A stretch of DNA of 60,732 nucleotides, the filler included, from Sphacelaria rigidula (taxonomy: Eukaryota): assembly GCA_964200075.2 (NCBI GenBank). It is 7 parts of 7 records of this genome, joined end to end, with 100 filler letters (N's around TTAATTAATTAA, not from the genome) between each part and the next. Parts side by side here need not be neighbours in the genome. Positions count along the whole stretch, not along the records: positions 43,453 to 52,042 come from CAXNAA020010670.1; positions 52,143 to 60,732 come from CAXNAA020010671.1; 5 more parts are not named here. One strand, 5' to 3'. The position numbers and the translations under genes were made by a program. Numbering within the stretch: the stretch's first letter is position 1; each line of letters starts with the position of its first letter. The notes below the pieces were generated by a model. It ran no database searches. It saw only the letters and a program-made list of their open reading frames with translations, and was not told where the DNA came from. Of the stretch, positions 50,154 through 60,732 are shown in pieces.

Positions 50154-50454
50154 CGAGAACGTTAAGCTTTGATGGGAGCGCAGCTAATCGGGCCGCTTAA
50201 CGGGGGAAGTGTTTGACCAGCCCCGAAAAAAGGGGGTGGGTCAACAACCAAGAACAGAAAGTCACGGGTTAACCCGGTAGCTTGCGCACCCACTGCGACA
50301 AGGTCGCTGCTGGGCAGAGTCAGCCTGTTTTTTATTTTTTTTTGTCTATTGTTTCGGATTTGTTTCGGAGTGTTGGGTTGTGGGGGTTGTGGTCTTCATT
50401 TTTTCAAGTCTTGGTTGCGCCTTGAAAAAAATCCATAACTCTCGAGCCTTGAAC

Positions 50455-50556
50455 AAACTGCTTCTCGACACGACTCAGGACTGGTCGTTATGGAGCCAAT
50501 CCCCTGTCAATGGGGGATTTTGAAAAGGGGATAATCCCCTTCAATGAGAAGGGCCC
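50455..50556. mobile_element. Terminal fragment of the Harbinger-like family
   Basis: Reverse complement of 13359-13460, ending gggccc-TAA. Confidence 0.7.
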
Positions 50557-51850
50557 TAAACGAGGATACAGCAGATCCGTGCTGGCTCGGTTTGTTTGCC
50601 CCAACCTGCACGCACCCGCCTTGCGTGTCTTCCCCGATCACAGCGCCCGACCACAATCGAAGTGCCAGAGAAGACGCAACAGACAGATGCACAGCCGTCA
50701 CGTGACGATTGTTTCAACCTTCCTCTGTTTGGACAGCACTTTGATCCCACCTCAATTCTGTGCAGACCGAAACACAGCATGCAGCAGTACAACTGCTCAG
50801 GCACTCTCCAGCGCACATCGCACCGTGATCGTCGTGGAGTGTTTAGATGCACAGCAGCACAGCGACAACGACTGCATAGAAATGATGGGTTCGGGAATCG
50901 CCTCGTTCATTTGACTCGAGACGAAACAACCAAAACACCATGGACGTTTCAACGGTGTGTAGGGAGCACTGCGTGCCGGCAACATTATTTTTCATAGAGA
51001 CGAACGGAATGACAATATAAAAGCAACTCAGGCATTCCCAGCGGGGATCAAACCGTCTCCACGAAGGCCTGAAGACGCCACAGCGCAGCGACAGCTACAG
51101 CACACGAGACATAGCATCAGAGTGTTTGTACTGCAGCAGTGATACAGGACGTGTCCCATTCGATAGTTCTTCTCCTGATTTCGGGTGGCCTCTCGATTTT
51201 TGCCGAGTGGCGATTTTCAAACGCTCGGCCATAATCGCGCTTCGTGCAAATATCGTTCACTTTGAGTTACCCCTATCTGTGGGAGGTGAGCCGAGTTCAA
51301 GGGGTTAGCAACGAGAGTAGGTTTTGCGATGGACCTCCCAAAAACCAAGGTCTGTCTCGAGAACAGGAAAGTATAGTGAGAGAGAAAATGCAAAAACAAC
51401 AACATGAGCACGAAAGGAGTACGGTAGAGGCCATGAGTAAACATGAATTAACCATGCTGAAGGAAAGAGCGCAGGAGTGGCACGCACGTCTGGAAGAGGT
51501 AACCCCGGGGAGGACCATGGAGACCCTTCGGCAGCAGCGACCCGCAGCGACCATCGAGGAGCAGGAATCAAGACGCCAAGGACAGCACAATCCGATCACG
51601 GCCCAAATGGGTCAGACAGGCACCCGTGCCACTTCAAAATCGTGGTTGTAAGCTTCAACTGTTGTTCTAATGCTCTTAGCAGGAATGAGGCACACCCAAA
51701 TACGAGCGCATCGCAAGTGTTTCACGTTGTCCATTGGTCAGCTTTTAGCACACTTGTGAGCCCCTTTTTTTGTGCATTCACCACCACCCCCCCCCCGAAC
51801 ACACACACATTGAAGTTTATGGGTACACATCCCCCCTATCGTAGAAGCGA

Positions 51851-52042
51851 TTGATTGCGAGCCTGGTCCGGCGAAAACCGGGCGGGCTCCGTCCCGGCTT
51901 TGTAGGGAGGCGAAGTCAATGGTCTTATGACTATGGCATGCAGGATCATGAGCACCCCCCCTCCCCCCGATTATCCGCACAATGGGGATATCCATACTAC
52001 GTGGTGTTCAAATGGTGAGACACCCATGAGGCAGTGTATAAG
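51851..52042 (+). mobile_element. Family C: 3' part with oligo-C tail followed directly by the more 5' part of another copy
   Basis: ...atcatgagcacccccccctccccc, then ...caaatggtgagacacccatgaggcagtgtataag (reverse complement of 255-286). Confidence 0.85.
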
Positions 52043-52142
52043 NNNNNNNNNNNNNNNNNNNNNNNNNNNNNNNNNNNNNNNNNNNNTTAATTAATTAANN
52101 NNNNNNNNNNNNNNNNNNNNNNNNNNNNNNNNNNNNNNNNNN
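52043..52142. other. Artificial contig linker
   Basis: Identical 100-nt spacer. Confidence 0.99.
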
Positions 52143-52214
52143 TCATAAAACCATTGACCTCGCATCCCTACAAAGCCGGGACGGAGCACGCCGGGTTTTC
52201 GCCGGACCAGGCTC
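52143..52214 (-). mobile_element. Family C fragment at contig start
   Basis: Matches positions 9-81. Confidence 0.85.
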
Positions 52215-52871
52215 GGGGGAGGGGACGTAGAACAAGCGCACACAGGGATAGGTAGCGCTAAACATGGCAGCTCGAACAAACTTCACGTACTAGTTGCGGT
52301 GTGTATGCTCGAGGATGACTGGTTTTTTTTCGATTTTGGGATGCCTTGACGAAGTACCCCAATAAAACCATCTACTCCACAAGGGTTGATAAATCGGTGT
52401 CAGTGAAAAAGAGCAGGCAACCACCTTGATGGTTCCACGCGGTTGTACGAAAAAGTAGGTACCAAGAATGGAGGGGGGAGTGGCCGGGCTTGGACGTATG
52501 TGGCACAAATACATCCGTCAGGTGGCTCTCTTGAAATAAACAGCGTGTGCCGAGAAACGCCATGCTATCTAACGTTTGCTCAAGCAAGATGAAAGACGTT
52601 GTCGCAAGATTCTGCCTTGCCTAACTCGTACTCAAACAGCGTTCCCGGGTGTTGATGCGGTATACAATCAAGGCGCGTGCCGTTCATTTATTGGTGGGTG
52701 TCAAAGACTGCTGTCCCATAACACTCGAGCACATACGCACATGAAGCATCGTACAATAAGATTCGAGGGCGCACAACATACAGGGTGGAGGAAAATCTAG
52801 CAGTCTTTTTTTGTTGCAGATTTCCAAGTCTTTATGTTTTTAGAGTTTTTTCTGCCCTCAGTGTAGCGCAC

Positions 52872-53000
52872 CGGAAATCCCGCCCACGTGATGGCACTGA
52901 CGCACATCGAACAGGGTTCGTGGGTGGCGAGCATCATGCAGTCGGACGGCTGGGGTCGACCCTCTTCCGGCAGTTCCCAGTAAGCCTTGATACACGCCAC
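52872..53000 (-). CDS. Zinc-dependent cytidine/deoxycytidylate (nucleoside) deaminase, exon with PCxxC
   Basis: cag|...|gtgcgc, 129 nt, phase 0/0: VACIKAYWELPEEGRPQPSDCMMLATHEPCSMCVSAITWAGFP. Confidence 0.92.
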
Positions 53001-53452
53001 CTGATCGCGTTCATTTCATCGGGAAAAGGATTGACGTTCCTGTTGTTCTCTTCACTGATGTGATGCTATATATATATATATATATATATATCAGTAACTG
53101 TACATATGGATACATGTATGTACTATAGGAGCACATGCACATAAAATATTTATTTCATGTACTGTTTCACGTCAGAATTGCGACCTTGACTATTATACTG
53201 CAAAATAGGCTTCAAAGTATAAACCGCACTTAACTACACATACCACCACTGAGATTTCGCAAGAGCGCCCACAGCGGCCGAACACCAATTCGGGGTAACA
53301 GATTTTCAGATGAACGAGAGCGACACGTGGCTTGTGATGAAACAAGCGTGTGTGCGTGTGCCTGTGTGTGTATGGCGACGGGCGGGGCAGGAGATGATGA
53401 TCAATTTGACTGCTGTATGGAGGGGCTACATACACCACACGCTTCATCGTAC

Positions 53453-53570
53453 CTCTCCGTGCCACAGCGGACACTCGATCTCCTTGTTTGTGCTAGCCAC
53501 AACGAGGCTGAGGTCTGACAACCGCAGGATGGCCGCCCCAAATAGCTTGTTCCCCTTTGCCACCGCCTCT
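53453..53570 (-). CDS. Same deaminase, upstream exon ending in HxE
   Basis: cctgtag|...|gtacga, 118 nt: EAVAKGNKLFGAAILRLSDLSLVVASTNKEIECPLWHGE; splices in frame to 53000; not in the ORF track. Confidence 0.92.
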
Positions 53571-54297
53571 CTACAGGTAGGGAAACACAAGTATATTCAG
53601 GGACGTGCGAGAATCATAGAAGTAATGTCGAGCATCCTGGTTAAGAAGCAGTAGCAGGTGGTCGGTGGACAGTCGTCATCGTTGCAATCTCTTGTATTGG
53701 ATTCGCCAGTCGGTCTCATCTGTTTTCACTCCAGTCACTCGGATTCACCCCCCGAATACAACTCGCGGAGGCTATAGGCCGCAAAAACGAGCGTGAGCGG
53801 TTAGACCTGAGAGGAAACATGTGACAACAGGGCATCGAGAGTCTACGTTAGACTGGCACGACTTACACAACATTGAACACCATAAACATCTTGATTTTGC
53901 ACGTGAAACAAACGGCAAAAGCTTGGAAGGGTCACATGAACCCCTGCACCATTCCGCGGTGCCTAAAATAGATTCCTGGTACCGTTCTTTAGAATCGCAC
54001 CGTTGAAGCTTGTTAATGAAGGTACACACAGAGAGCATTATGGCACCCCGCGAGGGGTGTGGGTATTTCTCCTCGACAGGAATACCGTTTGCAAATTACT
54101 GTTCATCGTTTCAGAACCATGGTCCTCACTCGCTGTTCCGGTTCAAGGGCAGGTAAGATCCTCCCAGGGTCGCTACCCTTTTGCCTGGCAGGGTTCCACA
54201 CGTGTGGGTACTTCCTGCAAGTCCCTGTGCTTCACCCACCGTGAGCCACAGTACATCGTCCGAGTTTTGCTGAGGCACCTCGTAGAGGGAGAGAAAT

Positions 54298-54333
54298 AGA
54301 GATCAAGAGATCAAGAGATCAAGAGATCAAGAG
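54298..54333. repeat. (GAGATCAA)4 minisatellite
   Basis: Direct observation. Confidence 0.9.
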
Positions 54334-55027
54334 AGACTTGGATTTGTTTCCTGTTCTCGAGTCTGACGGTCCCGCCAAACCTCCGTCTGGCTTTCGTTTG
54401 CTCTTCGATTTCAACCCATGTGAAGCCTCGGTAGGCACTCCAAAGTTTGTAATTTTCTATTGCCTAACGCCCGCTTTCTCCGAAGGAAAGACAAAACGTA
54501 CCCCCGGACGTTCGTCGACGAACATGAGCAGTGTTGCGGTGACTGGCTGCACCGACAATATTTTTTTATATTTGTAGCTCTGACTCGTTATGCGACCCAC
54601 GGCGGTCAGTGGGCACCGGCAGAACAGTTAACTCAACCCACGCGGGTGCGATCGTTTAAAAAATATATTCGTTCTTGTTTCCTTGCGCACCCCAATGCCA
54701 ACTGGAAGCACCTTTCCAACTCAACGACCCCCGTGCGGGAATTGAATTGATTCGCTTGCTATTTAAAGTGCACCCCCGTGCGATATCCGCGATCCGTGCA
54801 ATGCTGCGTAAAATCACAGCACCGTTACTACATTTCTTCTGCATGCAGACTCCACGTACACTTTGCACACCGCTACTATCTAGATGTAATGTGAAAGCTC
54901 GCGCGGACGCATTACCAGGATCCAACATATGGCGACGAAATACCAAAAAAGGGGCGAAACAAAAACTCTCGCCAAACGCGGCAAAAACAACAACCCGCCA
55001 AACGTGGCGAAATAAAACCCGCCGCTC

Positions 55028-55029
55028 TG

Positions 55030-55084
<55 letters not shown>

Positions 55085-55085
55085 G
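55028..55085. repeat. (GT)n microsatellite
   Basis: Direct observation. Confidence 0.95.
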
Positions 55086-55829
55086 GGTCAAACACACACA
55101 CTGCTGCTTTATCTTTCCAAGGGGGCGCCTGGTGGAATTTCTGATGCCTCTTAGCTTTGACTTTGGTCGGGTGATGTACTTCACGGCTTATTTCATGCAG
55201 ACTGAGTGGAATATTGAACTGATCTGGATGTCGGTAACCGTGTTCTGTGTGCTCGACTTGACGCATGCCGTGAACCTATTTCAACGAAAAAGATCAATTC
55301 TTCGATGTGTCCGCCGCCAAGGTACCATGCATGATCAGCGGAGCTCCGATTGTAGGTGTCTCGATACCAAGCCGAGTTCTCGCGACACCCCGTATTCTTC
55401 AATGATGTAGCAAGCAAGTTTCGCGCCCGAAGTGGGAGTTTCCCGGGGCTAGGCGCACGCCTGTGCGATCCCAATGACGCCCATGCGGAAAATTAATTAA
55501 AACATCTCGTTCTTGTTTTGTTTGCGCACCCTTGCGGCAGGTAACTGTGTGGTATGCAGCAAAGGGTATGCTGCGCGAAACCGGCCACAGTTTTACTTTC
55601 AAACCACAGCCAGTCGACCAGGTGCGAAACCCCGAATGCGTACGATGGTTTCTCGGACGGTAGCATAGAGTACCCTGTACAAGACCCTTGCAAAATACAC
55701 GCCCCCCCCCCCGCCCCGCCCCGCCCTCCCTCACACCGAGAAAAACACCGCCTGGTGATCATTTGCCCACATTTTTTGGCACCATGTTAATATCTACCAT
55801 ACTGTACAGAGGGACGCAGTAGATCACTC

Positions 55830-57460
55830 TGCGCTGTGTGCCAGGTGGCTCCACAAACTCCTCAACCCCAAGTCGTCGACAAACCTCAACCCGCGAATGG
55901 CCGAGCAGGTCAAGCACTGGCCCAAGCGCGTGCCGCTCGACGGTATACCGTCCAGGTTCGACGTCGAGGAAGCGATACGGTGAATGGCCAACAGGACTGC
56001 AGCAGGGTCGGCCGAGCTCCCGCCGGAGCTCATCAAGCTATTTCCTCGATGGACACCTAGACCTCCTCTATCGATTCAACAATATTTTCGTCACCATGTT
56101 GCAGACGGGAGAGTCGCCACAGCAGTGCCACAGCAGTGGAAGGAAGCCACGATTGAGGTGCTGTTCAAGACGGAGGACACGGCGGAGTGAGGTAACTACC
56201 GGGGCATCTCCCTCGTGGCACACGCTGGCGAAGGGATACTCAAGCTCGTCGCCACACATATGAGCAAATACTGCGAGCGCGAGGGAATCCTGCAGGAGGA
56301 GTGAGGCGGCTTCCGTCCAGCCCGCTCAACCTACGACATCGTATTTTAGATCTCGTGACTCCACGAGCTGGCACGGGAGAAGAACACCCAGCTCTACCCA
56401 TAATTTATCGATCTCACCAAGGTATAAGACTCCGTCGACCGAGGGCCGCCGTGGACCGTGCTCAAGCGATTCGGCGTGCCCCCCAAGATGTCGCCGATCA
56501 TCTGCCTGGACAATGAGGCGTGCTCTCCGACGGGTTTGACGTGGGCCAGGGGCTCCGACAGGAGTGCAACCTGGCACCACTTCTGTCCAATATTTGCTTT
56601 GCCGCAACGCTCATTATGTAAGCAGACGAGTTCGCCAAAGATGACGAGGTGACGGCGGACATGGTAAACATCAAGGAAGAGCCAAGGGAAAAGGGGGAAG
56701 TCACGATGGCGGAGGCCGCGGAGCCGGTGCGGGCCATGCTATGCGCCGACGAAACAGGCATCGTTTCGCGATCGTTGAAGAGCCCAGAGAAGATGATGTC
56801 CACCATGTTGCGCGTTTCGGGTCTGTGGGGAATGATGGTGTCGCAGTCGCAGATGAAAATCATGTGCTTGTTGCCGAAAGGGGCGGAGGAGTGCCCGTTC
56901 AAGGTCAAGGCCGGCGGCCAGGTACACAGGTTTGTATACCTCGGGTGGACTGTTTGCGAAGACGGGAAGAGTGGCAAGAAGAGGGCAAATCTCCTGGGCA
57001 GAGCATGGGGATGCTGCAAGTTGAATGGCCACCCAAAGCGCGATTGCTCCAAGCCGAAGTGGTTGAGACCGTTCTGTACGAGTGCACAACGTGGACCCTG
57101 TTGAAGAAGCAATACGACAAGATCAACAGCGTCCACCGCTATTTCCTCAAGCACTGCATCAGGTGGGACAAGAGGACGCACACGGACCTCCCTCTCTCCC
57201 ACGTCGGGGCCCTCCTCAAGACCGACTGCTTCGAGATCCTCGAGGCCGCTGTGCGGGGGGTTCGTTATGCGCATGGGCGACGACCGAATCCTGAAGCGCG
57301 CCATGCTGGGAGCGTTGGAGGGGGGAGAGGGGTACGGAAGTGCGCAACAGCTCAACTGGGTGCGATGCCTAGAACGGGACCTGCACTTCTTCGATATGGA
57401 AGAAGAGGAGGAGGCGGGAGGGTGGAAAACAAGCGCGAAGGAACCAGCGCCCATCTAATT
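55830..57460 (+). mobile_element. Degenerate LINE (RTE-like) reverse transcriptase region
   Basis: 'VPQQWKEATIEVLFK...[13 protein letters not shown]', 'GFRPARST', 'FIDLTK..DSVDR', 'GLRQECNLAP', 'LCADET' (YADD equivalent), 'FVYLG', 'AEVVETVLYECTTW'; stops and frameshifts. Confidence 0.9.
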
Positions 57461-57549
57461 GATGGCAATCGTTCGCCCATGTATTCATCATAGTCTGTGA
57501 AGTGACGTCACGAAGTCGCCGACTGCCAGGGATACTCACCATACCCAAG

Positions 57550-58135
57550 GGGTACTTGGTACTCAAGTATTACTGCGAGTGCTTACTACTCAATATTTGA
57601 ATAGGCTATTTGAGTTCGTACTCGATCTACTCAAAATTTGAGTATATTTGAGACCGTGCTTAACCTACTCAATTATGTGAGTAGAGTATTTGAGGCCGTA
57701 CTCGACGTACTCAAAAATTGAGTACAGTATTGAGGTCAAACTCAAGTGATACTCTATACTCGAGTATTACTGAGAGTGCTCACTCAAAATTTGAGTAGAT
57801 TATTTGAGGTGGTACTCTACCTACTCAAAATTTGAGTGGAGTATTTGAGACCATACTCAACCTACTCAACATTCGAGTAGAGTATTTGAGGCCGTACTCG
57901 ACGTACTCAAAATTTGAGTAGAGTATCGAGGGCATACTCAAGTGATACTCTATACTCAAGTACTACTGAGAGTGCTCACTGAATAATTGAGTAGAGTATG
58001 TGAGGTCGTACTCGACCTACTCAAATTTTGAGTAGAGTGTTTGAGGCCGTACTCGACCTACTCAAACGTCGAGTAGAGTAAACACCTGAGTATTTTACTC
58101 GAGTACTCAAAAGTACATACTCTACTCGACCTACC
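57550..58135. repeat. Tandem array of a ~41-bp unit carrying the palindrome TACTCAAAATTTGAGTA, with a 196-bp higher-order period
   Basis: About 11 palindrome copies; pairs 57708/57904, 57781/57977, 57822/58018 and 57863/58059 are 196 nt apart. Confidence 0.9.
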
Positions 58136-60149
58136 TTTGTATTTCATCTCGCAAAATACATGTCAATATCACACGTTTTCATCTATTTATTTTGTCCCAT
58201 TGTATGTCAATTAGCACACAACAATGCACAGAATCTGTCAGCCATGACTGTCCACACCGAATAATATCATCATTCAGTGATAGATAACATAACTGTCTGG
58301 CCACAATGTTATCTCGTTGCTCATTAATAAGGCACTACAGGATATAAAATGAACTTTTTTCTTGTTATGCGCATTTCATTTTTTTTTGTCCACAAGACTA
58401 ATATTTCGACCCTGCAGGTCGCAGTTTATACACAAACTGTCTAGATTTATTCAGTCTACGATTGAGTCTTGACCACTAACGGATATAGACTGAGTAATAT
58501 TCTAAAATCGTGTTAACTGCGAAGAAATTAAGTCAGTCTGTCAACTCACTTCAATTTTTTTTATCCTGAAGTACTATCTTGACAAATTCAAATAAGTACA
58601 AATGTCTGTCGGGTACTTATGCATTCGAATATTTGTTTCGATAAATGTCTTTGTCATCCTGTGACTATTACATCCATTCAAGTGTAAAAGTGAACACTTA
58701 AAATGTGTATACTTCCTCTGGAGCAGAAAATAAGCTCGTTTGGAGGAAAAGCGGTATATCTCGTGGGCATTTGTGACTTCTTGTGAATGGTTCTTCTTGC
58801 TGTTTTCGTGAGTTTCTGGAGCAAAGCCGGAGACCGAGGTCTTTTCTGAGTCCCCATTACAGCACCACCTACACACCCAGCAAGCAGAGGGCGAAAAAAC
58901 AAAAGACGGTAATCCACCGGTTGGACGCCTTCCCATCAAAAAAAGATTGAAAAGGTTTTCTCGTGGTTCTCGAGTCGTTTCGGAGAACCGTTCAGAACCA
59001 AGGTTTTTTAGGAGGTGACCACCACATGAACCAGCCCACCCGCAGAAACCAGGGCCTACCAGGGGGGGGGTGATATCATGCATCATATACCTCGGGGGTG
59101 AAATCATGCCATCTCCGCCCCCAAAATGTTTTGATTCTCGAGTATCATGCAAAATATATCCAAACGACAACGTTTGTGTGGTCTTCAGGTCGAAAACAGT
59201 CCTGTAAACGAGCTTATATTCGACCCTTTTCCAAACGAGCTTATATTGTTCCCCAGAGGAAGTATATAGTCGTATCTATCCATCAAGGAATGTTGGATTA
59301 TCTCATCATCTAAGATTATCTACTATTTTAGTTTTTGACGGAGTGTGAGCTCCAACACCGTCACAACTAGGGGGTAGTGTGAATCACACTTGTGAGAACC
59401 CAACATACCTTCCAGTTCTGTCCAATAACCTTTTATTGGTTCTATTCATGGGAACGTTCTAGTTCTAGCACTGAGAAAGGTTCCTCAGACGTCCGCTAGA
59501 TCTTTGGAGGATGGTCTATTTGTCTCGGAATATCGGGACAATATCAGACCGAATATGCCCAAGAGTCATACTCGTAGAACGTTGTACACACCAAACCCAA
59601 GGTGATCTACACGTTGAACTGAACTGCAGGCCAATGTCGGCACATGATCCCTTGATCCATGTCCTGTTGTCTGAGATGAGCTACATGGATAGATCGCACA
59701 TCATCCCCACCTCGTCTCACAACAATCACAAACACGCTTCATCTCTTCACCTCCACTCTGTCTGTCAAGCTCACTCGAGCTCTGTCCTGTCCACTCAACG
59801 CTACCGACGTAGCTTAACTGGAAAGAGCACTTTGCGTTTCGCTTGCGTTTCGCAAACAGTTTACGGGTTCAAATCCCTTCGTCGGTCTTCTTATCGTGTA
59901 CGACTCTTAATTTTTCCAGTTTTCGCACAAACCCTAGATCACTCTAACTTTCTGTTTCCCCCTTGTTTTAGCTGCATCCCCCGGAATATTGTGCGCATTC
60001 ACCATCAAAGTGTCGTGTCCAAATTTCAGCGCCCAACTTCTCGAATTACCCACAGCCGGGCCCGGAAACATTCAAAAAGTCAAGTCAGCTGGCCCAGCTC
60101 GTAGTCCATCCCACTCCACCTGCGCGGGGGGTCCCTGTCAAAGGATTAA

Positions 60150-60254
60150 CACTTAGAGCGCGGTGCGGGTAGTCCATCTGGATCATGCACACTTTTTTCA
60201 AGTCAATATTGATGCCGATTCATCAGGTGATCTACCCTCCTCGCGGTCAAAGGG
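60150..60254. mobile_element. Short piggyBac-like MITE, second copy
   Basis: TTAA-cactt...tcaaaggg-taat; homologous to 12591-12689. Confidence 0.65.
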
Positions 60255-60732
60255 TAATCTAGGTGATGTAAGCACTGCAATATAATGAACAGTCAGCTCT
60301 GCGAAACATCTGGCGGGAAGGAATACATACCGCGAAAGAAAGAAGGTTGCAGAAGTTGGGACAACCGTACAATTACCGGGACGACGAAGGTTACACGATT
60401 TCATTTGTCATATTCAAGATCGACGACGGTACGAGTACTGTACAGTGATGAATTTCAAATTGATCTGATCAGCTGATGAAACAGACGGCAGATTTCCAAC
60501 AAGCACTTGTTGTACACGGACTACGCAAACGCCTGCCTACAGTAGTCAGCGTCAGAAGTATGCAGAATCCGTAATTTCTTAGTTTCTCAAAGATTGTCAA
60601 AATTTGTTTTGCTTGCCGCCGCTCATCACGGTGACTGCTGGATGCAAAAAAATGCGCATCAGGAGATATTTGAATCTTCTTGACAAATATTGAAAGGAAA
60701 AGCATCTGCGATCAATCATGAGTGACTTACGG

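Larger units (their letters stand above)
43527..50330 (+). mobile_element. Degenerate DIRS/Ngaro-type tyrosine-recombinase retrotransposon
   Basis: Order is gag-like, RT, RNase H, tyrosine recombinase, all on the + strand, with stops and frameshifts; termini not resolved. Confidence 0.88.

Noticed and set aside
34763..53570. A combined system of EsV-1-7 array, RT/recombinase and deaminase (diversity-generating locus)
   Set aside because: The three parts lie on different, unlinked contigs; their proximity is a concatenation artefact.
53590..53650. 'FLTRMLDI' as the deaminase N-terminus
   Set aside because: Followed by an in-frame TGA with no usable donor before the 53570 acceptor; treated as intronic coincidence.
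56498..57454. 318-aa minus-strand ORF (also 3041-3832)
   Set aside because: Antisense to LINE coding sequence; no independent motif.
57550..58135. CRISPR-like array (palindromic repeats at regular spacing)
   Set aside because: The intervening sequences are themselves repeats of each other rather than unique spacers; no cas genes; eukaryotic context.

Overview
This window is not one locus. It is seven unrelated contigs of about 8.59 kb (1-8591, 8692-17282, 17383-25972, 26073-34662, 34763-43352, 43453-52042, 52143-60732). They are joined by an artificial 100-nt linker (44 N + TTAATTAATTAA + 44 N), so adjacency across linkers means nothing. The DNA is eukaryotic and repeat-rich, with short GT-AG exons in long introns. 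It is most consistent with a brown alga or other stramenopile; this is an inference from the EsV-1-7 repeat gene and the style of the retroelements. Host-gene content is small: an EsV-1-7 cysteine-repeat ORF, two spliced exons of a zinc-dependent nucleoside deaminase, one probable front-end fatty-acid desaturase exon, and a USP-like pseudo-exon. Most of the recognisable remainder is mobile DNA: decayed Ty1/Copia, DIRS/Ngaro-type (tyrosine recombinase) and LINE elements, a tRNA-derived SINE, many MITEs and fold-backs, and a palindromic tandem array. Large parts of contigs 3 and 5 could not be assigned. I see no convincing new multi-gene system. The best leads are: (i) a very high-copy non-coding element that shares its 3' ~70 nt and an oligo-C tail with a LINE; (ii) three internally unrelated MITE families with the same TIR architecture and 4-bp TSDs; (iii) a 123-bp in-frame repeat array upstream of the DIRS reverse transcriptase; (iv) a higher-order duplication in the EsV-1-7 array. 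All calls were made by eye, and no database searches were run.
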